Origin: Verrucomicrobiota bacterium
GTDB lineage: Bacteria; Verrucomicrobiota; Verrucomicrobiia; Opitutales; Coraliomargaritaceae
Assembly (NCBI GenBank): GCA_039815375.1
Contig: JBCBZJ010000004.1
Location: forward strand, 128,001-192,000
DNA: 64,000 nucleotides
Reading direction: 5' to 3'
A model generated the notes under the pieces. The model was not told where the DNA came from. It saw only the letters and a program-made list of their open reading frames with translations, and did no database searches. A program made the position numbers and the translations under genes. Below, in pieces: positions 1 through 8,379 of the stretch. Positions within the stretch are counted from its first letter, which is position 1; each line of letters begins with the position of its first letter.

Positions 1-267
1 AACGTATTGAAAGGTGACATGTCACTGGTCGGGCCACGACCACCAGTGCCGCGGGAGGTTGCACTCTACGGTGCGCGTCATCTGCGGAGGCTGCGAGCCA
101 AGCCGGGTATCACCTGCCTTTGGCAGATCGGTGGACGAGCGGATATCGACTTTGAAGGTCAGGTTCGCCTCGATCTTCAATACATCCATTCGCAAAGCGT
201 CCGGCAGGACATCATCATTTTACTGAAAACCATACCAGCCGTCCTACTCGGCAAAGGAGCCTACTAA
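1..267 (+). CDS. Bacterial sugar transferase (priming phosphoglycosyl transferase), C-terminal part; truncated by the window edge
   Basis: NVLKGDMSLVGPRP...KPGITCLWQIGGR...LDLQYI...DIIILLKT matches the Bac_transf core; frame is open from base 1. Confidence 0.93.
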   Translation, partial: NVLKGDMSLVGPRPPVPREVALYGARHLRRLRAKPGITCLWQIGGRADIDFEGQVRLDLQYIHSQSVRQDIIILLKTIPAVLLGKGAY

Positions 268-272
268 CAAGC

Positions 273-1439
273 GTGACGGACATACCCACCCAGAATCGTA
301 ATGGGCCCAAGCACTGGCGACTTGCGCTACCGGACTGGGGAGAACTAGATACAATTTGGAAACGCAAGCTACCCTTTGTGCTGTGGAACGTCGGCGAGCA
401 AGCACTGCTTTTTCACTGGCTCGATGCCGCAGTGGATCAAGGTAGCGAGAGCATTGAGTTGACCGTTGTCGACCGCCCCGTGGATGTGCGTCAACATATT
501 GCGGATGCCTCACTCTGGCCGATTGAAATCAAGGTGCGCTCGGTCAATTCGATCGATCCGGATAATGTCGATGATATCGTGGACCGGCTACCCGGAACGC
601 CTACCCTCTCGAAATCTCCGGCAGATGGTTGGTCACTGCTTCGGCATTGGTTCGAAATCGAACAAGATTGGCTTATTCAATTTGCTGAAGACACTAAACA
701 ATACGGTAAATACGCCGCCATCGGCCGGAGCTGTAAGATCGCCCCTGACGTAAAACTGAATCCTCCATTCTGGATTGGGAATTTTGTCTCTATCGGCCCC
801 GGCAGCGTCATCGGGCCGGGTGCCGTGGTGGAAGATGGAAGCATCTTACCCGGCGGAAACCGCGTCGAGCGAGGACACGTTGGCGCCTATACCTATCTTG
901 GCCCGGAAACCAGCCTCTCCGATGCGGCCATCCACAAAAACGAACTCGTTAATTTCAAGCATCAGGCCCACATCAAGAATCTCGAGTCTTTCGTCGCCGG
1001 TGGGCTGGATAAAAACAAACAGGACCATGCCCCAAGTCCTGCCTTCAAGGAGCGCTGGGCTGCATTAAAGCTCTACCTTAAATGGACCTCTCAAGGATCC
1101 GGCAGCGAAATGACATTCACCGACTTAAGTGGCCAAGAGCGGCCCGCTTTGAGCGACAGTTCGGTCGAGGCTCGGCGACCCTGGCTTAAAGAAGTCGTCA
1201 AAGGCAAACTCCTGCTCTTTGGCGTGACTCCGAGAACAGCCGAGAAGCTTAAAGGCGTGCCGGAAGACTGGCAGGCGATTCTTCGCGAAGCCCCGACCGG
1301 TGCTTTCAGCTACGCGGATGTGATGGGGGCACATGACATTGGTTCTGATGAAGAGACCCTCCACAGCGTCTACCAGGCAGGCGTAAATGCAGAGCGCTGC
1401 CACGAACTTTTTAATAACTGGCTCAAAGAACTTACTTAA
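273..1439 (+). CDS. Hypothetical fusion: degenerate NDP-sugar pyrophosphorylase-like N-terminus, left-handed beta-helix, degenerate sugar-transferase C-terminus
   Basis: LPFVLWNVGEQALLFHWLD resembles PKPLLPVGGKPLIEH; hexapeptide repeats IGRSCK/IGNFVS/IGPGSV/IGPGAV; PWLKEVVKGKLLLFGVTPR...PTGAFSYADV resembles the Bac_transf core. Confidence 0.6.
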   Translation: MTDIPTQNRNGPKHWRLALPDWGELDTIWKRKLPFVLWNVGEQALLFHWLDAAVDQGSESIELTVVDRPVDVRQHIADASLWPIEIKVRSVNSIDPDNVDDIVDRLPGTPTLSKSPADGWSLLRHWFEIEQDWLIQFAEDTKQYGKYAAIGRSCKIAPDVKLNPPFWIGNFVSIGPGSVIGPGAVVEDGSILPGGNRVERGHVGAYTYLGPETSLSDAAIHKNELVNFKHQAHIKNLESFVAGGLDKNKQDHAPSPAFKERWAALKLYLKWTSQGSGSEMTFTDLSGQERPALSDSSVEARRPWLKEVVKGKLLLFGVTPRTAEKLKGVPEDWQAILREAPTGAFSYADVMGAHDIGSDEETLHSVYQAGVNAERCHELFNNWLKELT

Positions 1440-1452
1440 CCCACTACAAAAT

Positions 1453-1986
1453 ATGAAAGGCATGGTTTTCACCAACTTCCTCGACATGGTTGAGGACAAA
1501 TTCGGCATCGAAACAGTCGATGCGATTATCGAAGATTCGGATATCCCCTCCGGAGGCTCCTACACTGCTGTTGGCACTTATCCACATACTGAAATGGTCG
1601 CACTACTCGTGTCGCTGGAAAAAGCAGTCTCGATTCCAATCCCTCAACTGATGAAGGTCTACGGCGAACATCTTTTCGGAATTCTGGCCAATGGCTACCC
1701 GGTCTTACTTGAAGGCTGCGAGACTAGCCGGGCACTGCTTAAAAAACTCGATGGCGTGATTCACGTCGAGGTGCAAAAGCTCTACCCCGACGCAGAACTC
1801 CCACGCTTCAAAGCTATCGAAAAGCCTGACGGCAAACTTGAGATGCACTACCTTTCGGATCGACATATGGAAGACTTGGCTGAAGGACTTTTGACCGGCT
1901 GCTTTTTGCACTTCAACGAGAAAGCAAATATTACACGCGAATCGGGATATGATGAAACTATCGTATTTACCATTAGTTACGAATAG
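1453..1986 (+). CDS. H-NOX (heme NO-binding) protein
   Basis: MKGMVF N-terminus, proximal His in GVIHVEVQKLYPDAELP, YxSxR motif (YLSDR); start reassigned to ATG 1453. Confidence 0.92.
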   Translation: MKGMVFTNFLDMVEDKFGIETVDAIIEDSDIPSGGSYTAVGTYPHTEMVALLVSLEKAVSIPIPQLMKVYGEHLFGILANGYPVLLEGCETSRALLKKLDGVIHVEVQKLYPDAELPRFKAIEKPDGKLEMHYLSDRHMEDLAEGLLTGCFLHFNEKANITRESGYDETIVFTISYE

Positions 1987-1991
1987 AAAGC

Positions 1992-4037
1992 ATGGAAGAA
2001 TCCGAAAAGTGGCAAAAACGCTACCAGCGCGAGCGCAAGGCCCGCACTGAGGCCGAGCAGCTACTTGAGGAAAAGAGTCTCGCGCTCTACACGAAGACAC
2101 AGGAGCTCGACGAGCTCGTCGCGAAACAGAAGAATCTTATTGAGGAACGCACACGCGAACTTGCGACTGCCTCCGAGGAAGCAAGGCTTCTTTCCGACGC
2201 GGTCAGCCGCACCGAAAATGGTGTTATCATTACCGGGCCAGACAACAAAGTCATATGGGCAAATCAGGCTATTTGCAAAATATCCGGCTACGAGACCGAA
2301 GAGCTTATCGGCAGTGTCCCCGGGCATGTTCTACAGGGTTCGGAGAGCGAGCAAGACGTCCGCAAATATATGCGCGGCAAGATTCGCTCACGGGAACCTT
2401 TCGAAGCCGACATCCTGAACTACCATAAAGAGGGACACCCCTACTGGATACATCTGCAAGCCACTCCGGTTCTGGATGAAGCAGGCAATTTCAAATACTT
2501 CGTCGCGATCCAGTCTGACATCACCGAAGAACGGGAGACCCGCACTAAGTTAGTGAGCGAAATGAAACGTGCGAACATCATGGCGAAGCGCGCCAAGGAA
2601 GCGAACGCAGCAAAAACGAAGTTTCTCGCGACCATGAGCCACGAGCTGCGCACACCGCTCAACGGAATTATCGGATACGCCCAGATTCTGGAAAAGAGTG
2701 GTTCCATCGAAGAAAAAGCCGGCAACCAAATACGTATCATGCGTCGTAGTGGGGAACACCTGCTCTCGCTGATCAATGACCTTCTTGACATCTCTAAAAT
2801 CGAAGCAGGTAGCCACAATTTAACGCCCTCACGATTTGACTTGAAGGGTATGCTCCAAAGCGTCGTCGAGATTATTAGCTCAAAAGCCTACGAAAAAGGA
2901 CTTGAGCTTATCCTCGATTACAACGAAGGCAAATTCGTTCCAGACAGACACCGCGCACGTCTTTTTGCCGACTCTCGCGCCCTAAGGCAGGTGCTGATCA
3001 ATTTGTTAGGTAACGCAATCAAGTTTACAGACAAAGGCTCAGTCACTATCAAAGTCGAGATCACAGACTTTCGTGGGGAAAACGCGATCTTGAACATCTC
3101 TGTGATCGATACAGGACGAGGCATTCCTGAGGATAAAATCGACACACTGTTTGACGCGTTTAAACAAGTTGATGAGGAACGCGATGTGATTCAAGGCTCA
3201 GGGCTAGGTCTCTTTATCGCACTGCGCCTCGTCCAAGAGATGGGCGACGAGATTCATGTCGGAAGCACACTCGGAGTGGGCAGCTCATTCTCATTTAAGA
3301 TTGAGTGCCCAATGGACTTCACCGAAGATCGCAAAAGTTCTGTCGACCCAAGAAATAGACCCAATGAAGAAAAGTTCTTTCCCTCAGCATATGACGGGAG
3401 GACGCGCAGGTTACTCATAGTCGATGACGTTGAGGACAATCGAAATTTCCTCATCGATCTACTCCAGCCAATCGGATTCGAACTGGAGGAGGCCGAGAAC
3501 GGAACGGAAGCCTTAAAGAAAATCAAGAATAGCAAATACGATCTCGTGCTCAGCGATGTCATCATGCCGTTCATGAGCGGTTATGACTTGATTAAAACAC
3601 TGCGAGCCGATCCAGAATGTAAGGATCTCTGTGTGATCGCAGTGTCGGCCAGCTTGATGCAACTCTCTACCTTAGAGAAAGATAAGATGAAAAATTTCGA
3701 CGGATTTATTTCCAAACCAGTTCAAGCAAGCGAGCTGCTCGCCACCCTTCGAAACAAACTCGAGCTCGACTGGATCTACCCTGAAACTGAAGAGGAGAAA
3801 AGCAGTGCAAGCCAAAATCAGGAAGGCAGTGAAATCAGTTCCGAGAGCAACTACTTGATGCGCTTGCATTGGCTGGCACGCATTGGCGACATCAAGGCAT
3901 TCAAGACGGAATTCAAAGCACTCAAAGACATTGACGAGGATTTCTACAAGAGACTCTCGATCCTGGTTCGTGGCTACAAGGCGCAACAGTCCGCCGAAGC
4001 TATCGAAAATTACATGCATGAGCACAAACATGGCTAG
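1992..4037 (+). CDS. PAS-domain hybrid sensor histidine kinase (coiled coil-PAS-HisKA-HATPase-REC), cytoplasmic
   Basis: PAS/PAC (NYHKEGHPYW...IQSDIT), H-box MSHELRTPL, N-box NLLGNAIKF, DTGRGI, GSGLGL, REC (VDD...SDVIMP...SKP); no transmembrane segment. Confidence 0.95.
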   Translation: MEESEKWQKRYQRERKARTEAEQLLEEKSLALYTKTQELDELVAKQKNLIEERTRELATASEEARLLSDAVSRTENGVIITGPDNKVIWANQAICKISGYETEELIGSVPGHVLQGSESEQDVRKYMRGKIRSREPFEADILNYHKEGHPYWIHLQATPVLDEAGNFKYFVAIQSDITEERETRTKLVSEMKRANIMAKRAKEANAAKTKFLATMSHELRTPLNGIIGYAQILEKSGSIEEKAGNQIRIMRRSGEHLLSLINDLLDISKIEAGSHNLTPSRFDLKGMLQSVVEIISSKAYEKGLELILDYNEGKFVPDRHRARLFADSRALRQVLINLLGNAIKFTDKGSVTIKVEITDFRGENAILNISVIDTGRGIPEDKIDTLFDAFKQVDEERDVIQGSGLGLFIALRLVQEMGDEIHVGSTLGVGSSFSFKIECPMDFTEDRKSSVDPRNRPNEEKFFPSAYDGRTRRLLIVDDVEDNRNFLIDLLQPIGFELEEAENGTEALKKIKNSKYDLVLSDVIMPFMSGYDLIKTLRADPECKDLCVIAVSASLMQLSTLEKDKMKNFDGFISKPVQASELLATLRNKLELDWIYPETEEEKSSASQNQEGSEISSESNYLMRLHWLARIGDIKAFKTEFKALKDIDEDFYKRLSILVRGYKAQQSAEAIENYMHEHKHG

Positions 4038-5136
4038 TAAAGGCGTCATACTTGTCGTTGATGACAACCCGGTGAACCGGGCGGTTCTTTTCGATTACCT
4101 TGACGGGCAGGGCCATCGCGTGCTTGTTGCCGAGACGGGTGAAGCAGCGGTTGAGATCACCGCTCTTACACGGCCCAATGTGATTTTGATGGATATCATG
4201 CTGCCAGGCATAGACGGCTATCAGGCCTGCCGGCAGATCAGGAGCCAGCCAAAAAATAAAGCGATTCCGATTATTTTCATGTCGGCGATGGACGACAATC
4301 AATCCAGAGCAGAAGGTTTGAAAGCCGGCGGTAATGCCTATGTCACAAAGCCCGTGCTCTATGATGAAGTCAGCTCTCTGCTCCACACCTACCTAAAACT
4401 ACAGACATACGAAACAACTGAGCAAACCAGTAAGAGTGGTCAAACACATGCACTATCGGAGTTCAATGCGATCATTGATATCATCGCGCATGACATGAAA
4501 AGCCCACTCGTTTGTATTCTCGGATTTGCGAGTGAACTTGCCGGCGATTTTGCGGACAAGGACGTTCCCGAGGAATGGGCCGAATACGCGTCTATCATAC
4601 AAAAGTCCTCATCCGATGTGGACGTCATTCTTGAAGCACTCGTGCTATTGAAGAACCTTCGTCTGCGTGAGTGGCATGGAAGCGAGCGGATTTCTTTAAC
4701 CGAAACGCTGGAGGCAGTAGCTGCGCGCTATAATTCAATTGAGAATCTGAAGTTCCTTGAACTTGCGCAAAACCTGAAGGCCTTGGAAGTCATGTCGGTC
4801 AGAACGCTGCTCGAAGAAGTTATCCTGATTCTCTGGCGGAACTTTAGCAATTTGAGTGAAGACGAAGCGCCGTCCCTCCTCGTCGAAATAGATAGCTATG
4901 TTAACGAGAGTGGTATGTCTGTTCTCTGCATGGAAGCGACAACCAGAGAGATTAGCAAACAGGAACTACCCTACATCCTTGAGCCAATGACGGGGGGAAA
5001 GCGCAAGAAGGTCAAAGATACCAATATCCTCACCATTTGTGCTCAGAAGATTATCGAATACCTCGCCATCAACGCCTGGGCTGAGGCAACCGATAAAGGC
5101 CTGAAAATCAGCCTCTCTTTTCCTGCACCTGAATAA
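4030..5136 (+). CDS. Response regulator with DHp domain and degenerate ATPase domain
   Basis: REC (VVDD, MDIMLP, TKP), H-box IAHDMKSPL; G1/G2 boxes not recognisable; start at ATG 4030 overlapping the kinase stop. Confidence 0.85.
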   Translation: MASKGVILVVDDNPVNRAVLFDYLDGQGHRVLVAETGEAAVEITALTRPNVILMDIMLPGIDGYQACRQIRSQPKNKAIPIIFMSAMDDNQSRAEGLKAGGNAYVTKPVLYDEVSSLLHTYLKLQTYETTEQTSKSGQTHALSEFNAIIDIIAHDMKSPLVCILGFASELAGDFADKDVPEEWAEYASIIQKSSSDVDVILEALVLLKNLRLREWHGSERISLTETLEAVAARYNSIENLKFLELAQNLKALEVMSVRTLLEEVILILWRNFSNLSEDEAPSLLVEIDSYVNESGMSVLCMEATTREISKQELPYILEPMTGGKRKKVKDTNILTICAQKIIEYLAINAWAEATDKGLKISLSFPAPE

Positions 5137-5144
5137 CGCAGAGC

Positions 5145-6863
5145 ATGGTCGAAAACGAGTCAGTCATTTACTTTTCTGAATACCGTATCCAGGCGGATGC
5201 GAAACTGATACAACCTATCCGCCAACGTTTTATCGAATTTCTGCTCTCGCTCGGAATCGACGACCGCGAGAAGGAAGGATGGAAGCTTACCTTCACTGAG
5301 GCCGTAAACAACGCAATCGAACATGGCAGTCAGGACAACCCGGAAAAATCGGTCCGCATTCGCTGGTGGTCGACCGAGCAGTCGGTCTGGCTGGAAACCC
5401 AGGATGAAGGAACAGGGCCCGATGAGGAAAAGGCAGCCAACCCGACTCTCCCGGAAGACCCGCTCGCAGAAGGTGGGCGCGGTCTCTTCATCATTCATAA
5501 TTTCGCAGACGACTTCGTTCATTGGCGCAGCCGTGAGGGTTACATCGCCCGGATTGGGAAAACATACCCGCGCTTAAACAGTGTCATGCCACAGAATGCG
5601 GAGATGGATGCGATTCTTGACGAGCTCTCGGACTGCTATGAGAGCCTGTCACTCTACGACCGAATGGCCGAAACGCTGATTCAGGATGAACGTGTGGACA
5701 AGTTCATCGATTCAAGTTTGGAAATCTTCATGGACGCACGGGATTACGATGTGATCGACATCGAGGTCAAAGAACCGGATAAGTCCTCCGAGTATAAATG
5801 GATCGCGACTCTGGTTTCACATGCTGCATTGGGAAAATTAAGGCCTGAGCTTTGGCGAAATCTGGAAGATCAGGAGTCACTCAGTTGGCATGCCGAAAGC
5901 CAAACACATCCCTTGGAACCAAAGTCCGAATACAAAGCTGGAGGTGCCGTTCCAATTTATGTGAACGACCAAGTCGTCGGCCTAATCGCAGCAGCCTACG
6001 AATCAGGCGAACGAAATATGCGCTCAAACGACCTCCGCAACTTGCGGGCGCTCGGCGACATAATCGGTATCGCACTCTCACGCGCGGTGATGCAGCGTGA
6101 ACGCGACGAAAAGAAGCGGCTCGCCACCGAAATCAACATTGCAACCAAGCTGCAGCATCAGCTCCTGCCAATAAGCAAGGAACCGCCGGAAATCGCCGGC
6201 TACAACATATTCATTGACAGTATTTCGGCGCTGGAGATCGCCGGCGACTACGTCGAAGTGCGCCGGAGTTCATCCGACGAGTATCTGGGTTGTGTCATCG
6301 ATGTGATGGGGAAAGGCGTCTCCGCAGCAATTCTAGCCGGCATTTTCAGAAACCAGTTTCTCGCCTTCAGCGAACGTGGCGGAAAGCTGGTTTCCTTCCT
6401 GGAATCAACCAACAAGGCTCTGGAGACTCAGCTTGGTGATGCGACCATGTTCATCACAGCCTTCGTCTTTAAGCTAAACAACCTATCCCATGAGTTTTCC
6501 TACGTTGCTGCGGGGCACCCACCGGCAATCTTCTTCAAGCATGGAGAGGAAACGGAACAATTGCTCTCCAAAGGACCGCCGATTGGCCTCTTTAATGAAA
6601 TCGAATACAGCGAAGACTCAATTACCCTGAATCCACAAGACCGAATCGTTATCGTAACCGACGGTCTCTACGAGTTCAGCACTTCCAAGGACCACATCTA
6701 TGGGTGGGACAGAATGGTCGAGTGGTTCGAAGCCAATAAAAAAGAGGCCTCTGAAATTATATGGCATGAATTCCATGATCTCATCGTCGAAAGCCGGGCA
6801 AAACTTGGTATCCAGCAGGAAGACGACGAAACACTTTTAATTCTAACCCGTGATGCAGAATGA
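5145..6863 (+). CDS. RsbW-like Ser kinase + GAF-like + SpoIIE/PP2C phosphatase fusion
   Basis: TEAVNNAIEHG, DEGTG, GGRGLFII (HATPase_c_2); AGDY, DVMGKG, AAGHPP, VTDGL, DDET (PP2C). Confidence 0.92.
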   Translation: MVENESVIYFSEYRIQADAKLIQPIRQRFIEFLLSLGIDDREKEGWKLTFTEAVNNAIEHGSQDNPEKSVRIRWWSTEQSVWLETQDEGTGPDEEKAANPTLPEDPLAEGGRGLFIIHNFADDFVHWRSREGYIARIGKTYPRLNSVMPQNAEMDAILDELSDCYESLSLYDRMAETLIQDERVDKFIDSSLEIFMDARDYDVIDIEVKEPDKSSEYKWIATLVSHAALGKLRPELWRNLEDQESLSWHAESQTHPLEPKSEYKAGGAVPIYVNDQVVGLIAAAYESGERNMRSNDLRNLRALGDIIGIALSRAVMQRERDEKKRLATEINIATKLQHQLLPISKEPPEIAGYNIFIDSISALEIAGDYVEVRRSSSDEYLGCVIDVMGKGVSAAILAGIFRNQFLAFSERGGKLVSFLESTNKALETQLGDATMFITAFVFKLNNLSHEFSYVAAGHPPAIFFKHGEETEQLLSKGPPIGLFNEIEYSEDSITLNPQDRIVIVTDGLYEFSTSKDHIYGWDRMVEWFEANKKEASEIIWHEFHDLIVESRAKLGIQQEDDETLLILTRDAE

Positions 6864-7228
6864 AAAAAGTTCTCGTAGTCGATGACGACATTGTAATGTT
6901 CCGCCTGTTTCAGGTGCAGGTAAAACGAGCCGGTTGCGAAGGCTTCTTCTTCCGCGACGGCCAGTCCGTGCTCGACCAGTTCGAAAGCATAAAACCGGAC
7001 CTCGCGGTGCTGGACTATAACCTGCCCGACTACAATGGCGCAGAGCTATATCGCCGCATCCGGGAGATGTCCTGCGGGAAGGACATCCCCATCGTTTTTG
7101 TGACGGGAACAGTTCAGGATGATGAACTGGAAGACATAAAGGCCGTCGGCGCGGATGCCTCTCTCTCCAAACCGTTTAGCCCACGTAAGCTACAGAACCT
7201 CATTAAAGAGCTTCTGGATATCGAATGA
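6860..7228 (+). CDS. Single-domain response regulator
   Basis: VLVVDDD, LDYNLP, VTG, SKPF; ATGA overlap with the upstream gene. Confidence 0.92.
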   Translation: MKKVLVVDDDIVMFRLFQVQVKRAGCEGFFFRDGQSVLDQFESIKPDLAVLDYNLPDYNGAELYRRIREMSCGKDIPIVFVTGTVQDDELEDIKAVGADASLSKPFSPRKLQNLIKELLDIE

Positions 7229-8379
7229 GCCGAACGCTCCATCTCTTCGTCTTTGCAGACGCGCTCGGCTGGGAGCTCGTCCAACACTATGGCATACTGA
7301 AGTCAGTCGCGCCAAACCAAAGCAAATGCGAGACACTCTTAGGCTATTCTGCAACTTGTGATCCAACTATCTTGACCGGGGTTTCACCTCGGGACCACGG
7401 TCACTTTTCCTTTTTCGTGAAGTGCGATCCTGACGAATCGCCATTCAAGGCAATGCGTTATTTCGGTTGGCTTCCGGATCGAATTGCCGGCTATCATAAA
7501 ATCCGCAACAGACTCAGCCGCTATGTTGCCAAATCGAAAGGTTACACCGGCTATTTCCAACTCTACAGTGTGCCTTTCCGTTTCTTGCCCTGGCTCGACT
7601 ACACAGAAAAGAAAGATATCTACGAATCTGGCGGAATCATCGGAGGGCAGGAGTCCATCTTCGAAGCATGGAAGCGTAGCGGAAAAGCATGGAACCGCTC
7701 AGACTGGCGTAATGGCGACGTGAAAAACTACGCCGAGGCCGAAGGCTTAATTGAGAAAGGAGAGGTCGAGTTGATCTACCTCTTCACCGCTGGACTTGAC
7801 GCGATCATGCACCGCTACGGACCCTGGGCCGAACAAACCCACGAGGCATTCAAATCCTTCGAAGCTCGTATTGAGAAACTCATTCAACTGGCTGAAAGCA
7901 AATACAGTGAGGTGCGCCTCGCCATGTTCAGCGATCATGGCATGACGGAAGTTAGGCAGACCTCCGACCTGAGAGTGCGTTGTGAGAAATTACCACTGAA
8001 GTATGGGACTGACTATGTTGGGGTTTGGGATTCGACCATGGCACGATTCTGGTTTAACAACGAGAAAGCTAAAACGCTCATAACCGACTTACTCGAAAGT
8101 GCCCCGGAAGGCCGTATCCTTTCTGCGGATACACTCGCAGAATGGCGCTGTGACTTTCCCAATAATGAATACGGCGAGCTCTTCTACCTGCTTAATCCCG
8201 GCGTCTTGTTCGTCCCCTCATTCCTAAATCTGAGCATAGTCCCCGGCATGCACGGCTATGCTCCGGACAACAAGGATAGCGCGGCATGCTGGCTGACAAA
8301 TTTTGAAACGCATCAACCGGTCACACGGCTGGAAGACATTTACCCAATCATGAAACACGCTGCCCTCGACCATGGCTAA
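7225..8379 (+). CDS. Alkaline phosphatase superfamily / nucleotide pyrophosphatase-phosphodiesterase-like protein
   Basis: FADALG, GYSATCDPTILTG, DAIMH, SDHG and GMHGY metal/nucleophile motifs; no signal peptide. Confidence 0.85.
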   Translation: MSRTLHLFVFADALGWELVQHYGILKSVAPNQSKCETLLGYSATCDPTILTGVSPRDHGHFSFFVKCDPDESPFKAMRYFGWLPDRIAGYHKIRNRLSRYVAKSKGYTGYFQLYSVPFRFLPWLDYTEKKDIYESGGIIGGQESIFEAWKRSGKAWNRSDWRNGDVKNYAEAEGLIEKGEVELIYLFTAGLDAIMHRYGPWAEQTHEAFKSFEARIEKLIQLAESKYSEVRLAMFSDHGMTEVRQTSDLRVRCEKLPLKYGTDYVGVWDSTMARFWFNNEKAKTLITDLLESAPEGRILSADTLAEWRCDFPNNEYGELFYLLNPGVLFVPSFLNLSIVPGMHGYAPDNKDSAACWLTNFETHQPVTRLEDIYPIMKHAALDHG

